Below, one piece after another: positions 55,754-64,000 of a stretch of DNA of 64,000 nt. The translations under genes were made by a program, and so were the position numbers. This DNA is from Paraspadella gotoi (Eukaryota; Animalia; Chaetognatha), in contig CM119269.1 in NCBI GenBank assembly GCA_051294375.1, positions 19,940,657 to 20,004,656 on the forward strand, in the 5' to 3' direction. Each line of letters starts with the position of its first letter. Within the stretch, counting starts at the first letter, position 1. The notes beneath the pieces are model-generated. The model saw only the letters and a program-made list of their open reading frames with translations. It made no database searches and had not been told where the DNA came from.

Positions 55754-57322
55754 AGAGAGAGAGAGAAAGGAGAGAGAGAGAGAGAGAGAATGAGAGAGAG
55801 AGAGAGAAAGAGAGAGAGAAGAGAGAGGGAGAGAGAGAGAGAAGAGAGAGTGAGAGAAGGAGAGAAGAGAAAGGAGGAGAGAGAGAGAGAGAGAGAGGAG
55901 ATAGAGAGAGGAGAGAAGAGAGAGAGACTTGAGTAGAGGTAGTAGAGGCGTGGGTTTAGAAGAAACCTTATTGGCCGCTCAGACTTTCTTTTTTCCAAAA
56001 CTCTCTTCCTTTTAGTCCCCCCCCCCCAATTTCTCAAAAAAAAAAAATGGTGGTGAAATGGAGTCGTCAACAATGGCGACTTAAACATATGATGATTGAC
56101 ACATGTAGTCCGTTTAAAGAGGAGGAGGAAGAGGAGACAGAGGCGGAAGAGGAGACAGACGTTTGAAATGTTAAGTCGAGGAAAATAAAGCCTCAATATC
56201 GTCTAATGTTTCAAAACGAGACGAGCTCCTTCGCCAAGTAATATTTTTATTTTTACCGCGTGAGTAGAAGATGCTGAAAAAGATAAGACGACGATAAGAG
56301 ACCCTAAGAGATTGTGCCACTTGACAACAGTGGGTTAGTTAATGGAGTCCTATAACGCTTCGGAGTCGGTGCAGAGATCACAGAGGGTAAGTTAATGGAA
56401 GACGCCGTAGGGCGTTTGATTCTTTCTGAGGCGAAATCAAATCACATTGGGAGGGAATCGATTTAAACTAAAAGTGGATAAAAACAGGTTAGAGGGAAAA
56501 ATAGAGAAAGGTTCTGGTTCTGAGGGTAGATAACTAGAGTTATGGCTGAAAAAAAAACAATGGTAAAATTGTAATTAATAGTTCCAAATAATTTTCTAAA
56601 AGGTTGATCAGAAGTTTGTTAGGAGTTACCGTGTCGTCAACTTCCCTCTTTTTCGTTTACCAAATACGCGCCTTACTGCCTCTTGGCTCCTTTCATACTA
56701 ACGCTCCTCGCTCCTTAAAATATGGGGGTTGTCCTACCTTATATCATCATCATCGTCAACATCATCGTCATCATCTTCATCATCATCGTTTTTTTATGTG
56801 CACACTGCACAGGTTTGTTAATCATATATTTTTTTGTCATCATCTGCGTCATTATCACAAGTGCCCCTTCTAAAAGTACTTTCCAATTCGTAGTTTAAAA
56901 AAAAACTTGGTGCTCCGATCGGAAGGCGAAGGCTATTTTCTAGGAATTGCGTCGTCGACGACGACGACGACGACGACGAAGACGAAATGGCGACGACGAT
57001 AAAAACGACGATTACGATAAAGAGGAGGTCTCTTCCACTAAGCCGCTATCAGGCCATTAAGAAGAACAGCAATCACTCCCGAGCTGACGCGGGTACATCT
57101 GGTCCCGAGGGGGAAAGGCCGCCCCTCCGCGCCCCCTCGGGTGGCTGTAGAGAGGATTTGAGGCGGGAGTTAGAGAGTGGGTGTGGAGTGAGGGGATGTT
57201 TTATGAAAGATAAAAGGAGCTTTTTTTTGTGAGGGGATTGTGTATTGTGAGAATCGAAGTAAGTGAGACGATCACGATTTTTTGGAAGAGAGCCTCGGGA
57301 GCGCTTGCAGTGATAGGAGGAG

Positions 57323-57370
<48 letters not shown>

Positions 57371-57854
57371 GCGCAGAGAGAGAGAGAGAGAGCAGAGAGA
57401 GAGAGAGAGATGCTTAGTTACAAATGATACAGATTCGAATATAATAGGGAAAATCGATGAAAATAAAATTCAAAGCTTTTATTTCATTTTCCTGATACGC
57501 AAAAAATGTTGAAATTTTTGGAATGAATTTATTTGAGTTCAAATAATTTTATTCGAAAAACACAAAATGCTACGAAAATGAGAACAAAACAACTTTTTTC
57601 ACTTTTTATGTAAACAAATTTTCACACATACAATTTGTAATGATATGAGTGAAAGTCGAAAAAGGAGCGATTTTGCCGTAAAGTGTCTGACTGTCTAGGG
57701 AGATGAGGAACATGTCGGCCTCACCCTGTTGGTCTCCTCTTGCTTGGCAGTAGGGAATGAGGCGACCGGGCGAAATAAAGATCAGACCGACGTCGCGGTT
57801 GGCAAAAACGAAAAAACTTAAAAAACAAATAACTTTCACTCTGAGTCTCATCTG

Positions 57855-57973
<119 letters not shown>

Positions 57974-58332
57974 ATATTCGAAAAAGAGCTTCCTCCTTAT
58001 CTCCTTTATAGGCCCATTATGGTTAAGATTCTTCCGACGAGCGAAAGTCGGCTGTGACGTCGGCGGGACGCTANNNNNNNNNNNNNNNNNNNNNNNNNNN
58101 NNNNNNNNNNNNNNNNNNNNNNNNNNNNNNNNNNNNNNNNNNNNNNNNNNNNNNNNNNNNNNNNNNNNNNNNNNNNNNNNNNNNNNNNNNNNNNNNNNNN
58201 NNNNNNNNNNNNNNNNNNNNNNNNNNNNNNNNNNNNNNNNNNNNNNNNNNNNNNNNNNNNNNNNNNNNNNNNNNNNNNNNNNNNNNNNNNNNNNNNNNNN
58301 NNNNNNNNNNNNNNNNNNNNNNNNNNNNNNNN

Positions 58333-58363
<31 letters not shown>

Positions 58364-60092
58364 TTACTCTCTTTCTTCTCCTTCTCTCCCTCTTTCTCGC
58401 TCTCCCTCTCTCTCTTTTTATCTGGAAAAAAAGGTTCATCCCGTCTCTTCAAAGTATTTTCCCATCTCTTCCAAACGAGTGGCGACGCCATCGGAGGAAA
58501 AAAAGAGGGAGAGAGGAGAGCGAGGAAAAATGGGGAGAGAGAGAAAACAAAAAAACAGATGAAAAAGGCCACAGTAGATAAGAAATTACATAGAGCACTG
58601 AAAAAGGTAAGTAAGGTCTAGGATTGATTGCAATTCGGGGAAAAAAACTGAAAGAGAAGAGAGAAAAGGTAATAGTGAGGGAAAACGTAAGAGAAGAGAA
58701 GAGAAAAGGTAATAGAGAGGGAAAACGTAAACGCGCGAAGGAGGAGAAAAAAAAGTGGGCGGGAGAGTTAAAAGTTACTTTCCTTAAATGCGTTTTCCGT
58801 GCATTTTTCTTTTTTTTTTTTCTTTTTTCTCCTCTCTCTTTCTATCTTTTTATACGGCGTGTCCCTCTCCTCCTTTTCGCGGTTTTCTCACTTTTCTTAT
58901 TCTTTTCTTTATTTCTTTATTCGCCTGATTTTTTTTTTCTGTCTTTTTCAGTTTTGCTTTCTTTTTTCTTTCAGCCGAAAGCGGCTCACGGGACATTGAT
59001 TTCGTCCCAGGGACGACTTGTTTTTCGCGAGCATTAGCCTCTCCCTTAAACTCACCCATTCAAGAAAGAAAATGAAATAAAAAAAAAATTCAACGAAAAA
59101 AGAACAAAAAGAGAAAATATAAATAAAAGTCAGAGGCCAAATGCGAGTAAGTCGATTAAGAGTCCGAGCAAAAACTGATGAAAAGGTAAACGATAACAAC
59201 GACTGTGTGGAAACGAACCAGCGAAACGAAGCTCGGGAATGAAGTTGATAAATGCAAATAAAGTCATATAAAAACAAAATGAATTGACTAGAAAAATTAA
59301 ATGAATGTTATGAATGACCAAAAAAATAATTTTAAAAATGACATATTTGGCTGTATAAAAGAGATGAATAGATTGAATGACGTTTAAAATTTTAAAAAAT
59401 GGCTGCTAAAACTTAATCAAGCAACTCACTTTCGAGTAAAAATTAATGACAGAAATCTAAAAAAAAAAAAAAGAATTAAGCAATGACAGGAAAAAATGAT
59501 TTAAAGCCCAAAAGCAAAAAAGATCCCCTTTTCATTAAATTAATGGATAATTTATATATGTTATACCAAATTCACATCAGATAAAAAAAGACAGAGCTAA
59601 AAATAATTAAAATTAAAATTAAACCTCAAGCTAAAATCTCAGAAAGAAATGAGAAAGAAACGAGAAAAAAAAATATCAAAATTACTAATTTGACGTCGGC
59701 AGACATCAGCTCGTTTAACGTCAACTACAACATGAACCAATTTTTCTTTTTAAATTTTGACGTAATTCGCTTTATAAACGGAAGACTTCGGAAGTGACTC
59801 AAGAAAAGTCCCTCTGCCTCTTTGACAAACAAAACTTCTATTCTAGAGAGTAAAAATTCTAGAATTAAAATCAGCCGTCGTCGTCGTCTTTGTCGTCGTC
59901 GTCTTTGTCGTCGTCGTCATCGCCGCCTTTATAGTCCTCGTTGTCGCCGTCATCATGGATGTTGTCGTCATTACTTCCGCCGCCGACGCCACTTGCATTT
60001 ACGCCTCTTTCGCTGCCGGCTCCGCTCCAGCCGCCGCCGACGCCGCTGCCTCGGTCGACGTCGTTTTCGTGATAAAACGTCGATTAGTCGAA

Positions 60093-60486
60093 GTCACGTG
60101 ACGGAATCGAACGTCGCGAACTTCCGCTTCCTTGACGACGAATCTGCCGAAAAATCTCCATGGCAACTGATCGGAGAGAGAAGACTCCGAGACAGTTATG
60201 TTAGCCACAAAAGTTTATTTGAATTATTTTTAAATTAGCTAAGAACATAGTTAATTTTTTCTGATACTTCCTTATCATCGAGTATAGAGTTATTGGCCCA
60301 TCATCTCGCAAAATGGCAACCAAGAGGCATTCTTATAAACTATAAACTATAAACTAAGAATACATGGGATAACTCCATGGAAAAAAAAAGAAAACCAAGT
60401 CGGATGACGAAGACTCTCAAAGCGAATTTCGTCGGCGATAATCTCCATGGTGATGAATCTCCATGGTGACGTAACTTCATGGTGAC
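60093..60486. promoter_or_regulatory. Cluster of X-box-like (ctccatgg(c/t)(a/g)ac) motifs plus a palindromic E-box upstream of the cadherin gene
   Basis: gtcacgtgac 60093-60102; atctccatggcaac 60154-60167; variants at 60441, 60457 and 60473. Confidence 0.3.
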
Positions 60487-61175
60487 GATTTTCCTTTCTG
60501 ATGAATTTCCATNNNNNNNNNNNNNNNNNNNNNNNNNNNNNNNNNNNNNNNNNNNNNNNNNNNNNNNNNNNNNNNNNNNNNNNNNNNNNNNNNNNNNNNN
60601 NNNNNNNNNNNNNNNNNNNNNNNNNNNNNNNNNNNNNNNNNNNNNNNNNNNNNNNNNNNNNNNNNNNNNNNNNNNNNNNNNNNNNNNNNNNNNNNNNNNN
60701 NNNNNNNNNNNNNNNNNNNNNNNNNNNNNNNNNNNNNNNNNNNNNNNNNNNNNNNNNNNNNNNNNNNNNNNNNNNNNNNNNNNNNNNNNNNNNNNNNNNN
60801 NNNNNNNNNNNNNNNNNNNNNNNNNNNNNNNNNNNNNNNNNNNNNNNNNNNNNNNNNNNNNNNNNNNNNNNNNNNNNNNNNNNNNNNNNNNNNNNNNNNN
60901 NNNNNNNNNNNNNNNNNNNNNNNNNNNNNNNNNNNNNNNNNNNNNNNNNNNNNNNNNNNNNNNNNNNNNNNNNNNNNNNNNNNNNNNNNNNNNNNTTCCG
61001 AATCAATCATTTAATTATAGTTTTTCCTTTATCTTTATTAATTTATATTCTTCATTGTATTTTTGCTTAGAGTTACAGATGATATGTATCATGCTTTTTT
61101 TTTATTTAACAGACGTAAACTAAAAAATTGATTCACTAAAATCTACAAAATCAAACAAAAAAATAAAAAAAAACT

Positions 61176-63113
61176 ATGACTATAATCGGCGAAGAGGACA
61201 GCGGCGAAATCGAAAAGCCGAACGACGAAGAGAAAGAAGTTGAAAAGGCGAACGTGGCCAAAACCGAAGATGCAAAGGACAACGACGACGACAAAGTTCA
61301 AAAGGCAAAAGGAAATACGACGACTACGATCGACGAGATAATGAAGACGACGACAACGACGAATCCACCAGTCATCTCGTCCACTTCGATAATCGCCTTC
61401 AACGCTTCCCGCTCATCCTCTTCCCCCTTCTCCTCCATCACTTCTCCTCCACAGCGAATCGCCTCTCATTTGGCCCGGATCTCCGCCCGTTCTTCGCCGA
61501 GAGACTTTTCCTCCTCGTCGTCCTCTTCGCTTTCCTCCCCAGTCTCCCTCGGCGTTCTTTCCGTTTCGAAGCTCCTTCCGCCCCATTACTTCCTCCTCTT
61601 CCTCCTCCCACTCCTTCTCTGCCCGGTCGAAGGATTCAACTTTTCCCCAGCCAAGAATTGTGCGCATCCATTTCCCGGTGCGTACGATTTTCGGATGTCT
61701 TTTTTTTTTCAGGATTTGTTTCTGAGGTGGTCTGTACGTCTACTTGTTGCATCTGGCCGTATTCATACCAAATAAGTCAGAACTTATCATTTTTGCTAAG
61801 GCAAAGCGAACGATTTCTCAACAAATTTGAATAATTGTATGTATGTATGTATGTATGTATGTATGTATGTATGTATGTATGTATGTATGTATGTATGTAT
61901 TTAAAAAAAATAATCCATCTTTTACTTGTTTCCTTTTCTTGTCCTTTGTCTCATTATTTCAATTTTGATCCTTCCACTTTTCAATCCTGGCACTTCGTAT
62001 TTCTTTCTCCATTTCTCTTACCTCGCCTCCTCTTTTTCCCCCCTTTCCTTCTCTCTTCTCCTTTCTCATTTTCTCCTTTTTCCCCCTCTTCTTCCTTCTC
62101 CTTTCCTCTCCTATTTTGTTCTTCCCTCCCGACATCCCTCTTTCTTTCCCTTCTTCCAACACTCCCTCTCTTTAGACTGGGAGAACCGCATCCGGCGCTN
62201 NNNNNNNNNNNNNNNNNNNNNNNNNNNNNNNNNNNNNNNNNNNNNNNNNNNNNNNNNNNNNNNNNNNNNNNNNNNNNNNNNNNNNNNNNNNNNNNNNNNN
62301 NNNNNNNNNNNNNNNNNNNNNNNNNNNNNNNNNNNNNNNNNNNNNNNNNNNNNNNNNNNNNNNNNNNNNNNNNNNNNNNNNNNNNNNNNNNNNNNNNNNN
62401 NNNNNNNNNNNNNNNNNNNNNNNNNNNNNNNNNNNNNNNNNNNNNNNNNNNNNNNNNNNNNNNNNNNNNNNNNNNNNNNNNNNNNNNNNNNNNNNNNNNN
62501 NNNNNNNNNNNNNNNNNNNNNNNNNNNNNNNNNNNNNNNNNNNNNNNNNNNNNNNNNNNNNNNNNNNNNNNNNNNNNNNNNNNNNNNNNNNNNNNNNNNN
62601 NNNNNNNNNNNNNNNNNNNNNNNNNNNNNNNNNNNNNNNNNNNNNNNNNNNNNNNNNNNNNNNNNNNNNNNNNNNNNNNNNNNNNNNNNNNNNNNNNNNN
62701 NNNNNNNNNNNNNNNNNNNNNNNNNNNNNNNNNNNNNNNNNNNNNNNNNNNNNNNNNNNNNNNNNNNNNNNNNNNNNNNNNNNNNNNNNNNNNNNNNNNN
62801 NAGGCGGCCGGTGGTGGCGCTCATAGAAACATCGCTCCGCCATCTTACACCCAAACATTTCAGGTGACATTTACCGAACGCGTCCATTCACTAGGGGCAT
62901 AATGCGCTAATAACTGATAAATCCGTATTTACTTAACCAATTTGTTCACTGTGCTGTTATCACGACGTGTTTTAACAATTTCCCACTTTGATCACCAGAT
63001 GAGAGAGGAGTCGCCTGTCGGGACTCTCATCGGCGTCGTGGGTCAGGATCTCCTCACGGAAAACAACGGAGTCCCTCGCCCACCCTTTTTCATTGCGGCG
63101 AACACCGACGCGG
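61176..63113 (+). CDS. 5' exons of a cadherin-superfamily gene (Dachsous/protocadherin-like); exons 61176-61677, <62803-62863, 62999-63113; continues downstream
   Basis: Signal-like YFLLFLLPLLLCPVEG; spliced TFQ|MREESPVGTLIGVVGQDL...PPFFI matches the first cadherin repeat pattern (x.EE.P.GT.IG); GT-AG junctions. Confidence 0.7.
61837..61900. repeat. (TATG)n microsatellite
   Basis: Seen directly. Confidence 0.95.
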
Positions 63114-63344
63114 GTGAGCGAGTTGGTTGGTGAGAGGTTTAATGAGTTGGCTGTTGTGGGGGTAGGTGATTTGGGTGGGTGAGCATCTAGGGTTCGACAG
63201 GTTTGTACTTAAACAAGGAACGGTTATTCCAAGGTGTTGCGCCGCATTACTTTTCTTTTTACTTATCATTAAAAACAAAAGGCGGTGCCAGTAGTCGTTT
63301 AGATTTGATTTTTAACAAATGAGCAACAATCTACAGGCAAGTAT

Positions 63345-63452
63345 AAGCGTTAAGTGGGACAGACCGATGGACAGACATACAGACGGACCGACCAACCGAC
63401 CAAAAAGTGACTTATAGAGTTGCTCCGCGAGTACTCGCAGCGCAACTAAAAA
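63345..63452 (-). mobile_element. Helentron-associated/DINE-1-like non-autonomous element end
   Basis: Minus strand: T-run, hairpin agttgc..gcgagtactcgc..gcaact, then ctataag and a (GTC(T/G))n-like tract; a related tail (gtctgtccatc.gtct.tcccactta) lies at ~13230-13258. Confidence 0.55.
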
Positions 63453-64000
63453 TTACTAATTGTTTAATACCTACTCTTACTGACCTTGACATAATTATTA
63501 CAATGTACCAATGTACTTACTATGTGTGAAAAAAATAATCAAACGTCCGTAATTGAATAACAAACCACTATAAGAGCGGGATTNNNNNNNNNNNNNNNNN
63601 NNNNNNNNNNNNNNNNNNNNNNNNNNNNNNNNNNNNNNNNNNNNNNNNNNNNNNNNNNNNNNNNNNNNNNNNNNNNNNNNNNNNNNNNNNNNNNNNNNNN
63701 NNNNNNNNNNNNNNNNNNNNNNNNNNNNNNNNNNNNNNNNNNNNNNNNNNNNNNNNNNNNNNNNNNNNNATATGGAAACAGTCGGGTTGCCTGTGATGCC
63801 CATTGGGATCGGGCATTTCACTGTTGGCTCGCTTTGCCAACGCAGAGGGAATTCTTTAGGACTGTGGATGGATGGAATGAATGGATGGATGGAACGCAAC
63901 ACTTGGCATGGTGCCATTCCGCCACAACTATCTCTTCTGTTACAATAAAAAAAAATATCCTGATTCTCAGGCTTGGACACCGACCTGGACCTTGAAGAGC

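Noticed and set aside
60347-62902. Long ORFs spanning N runs
   Set aside because: Open only because N codons contain no stops.

Overview
Eukaryotic (metazoan, invertebrate-like) genomic DNA from an error-prone, gap-filled assembly: AT-rich GT-AG introns, many (AG)n/(CT)n microsatellites, N gaps and indel-ridden segments. Most ORFs in the supplied track are spurious. Supported genes: (1) 5' part of a minus-strand secreted-protein gene (<1-4405); (2) an Aa_trans-family (SLC36/SLC38/AVT-like) amino-acid transporter whose N-terminal exon lies inverted on the opposite strand; (3) a disrupted multi-exon type II membrane protein gene (26.0-32.4 kb, minus); (4) a 5-exon gene for a 259-aa secreted protein made only of signal peptide + DPH + ITIH C-terminal domain, present twice in a ~6.9-kb tandem duplication; (5) the 5' end of a Dachsous/protocadherin-like cadherin. 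Mobile DNA: a full-length Ty3/Gypsy LTR retrotransposon (18568-23785, minus), a 2-kb hAT-like fold-back element with an 8-bp TSD inserted in an exon, nested MITEs, a collapsed hairpin element, a SINE-like head and a Helentron/DINE-like element. Several duplications may be assembly artefacts. All family calls are by eye; no searches were run.
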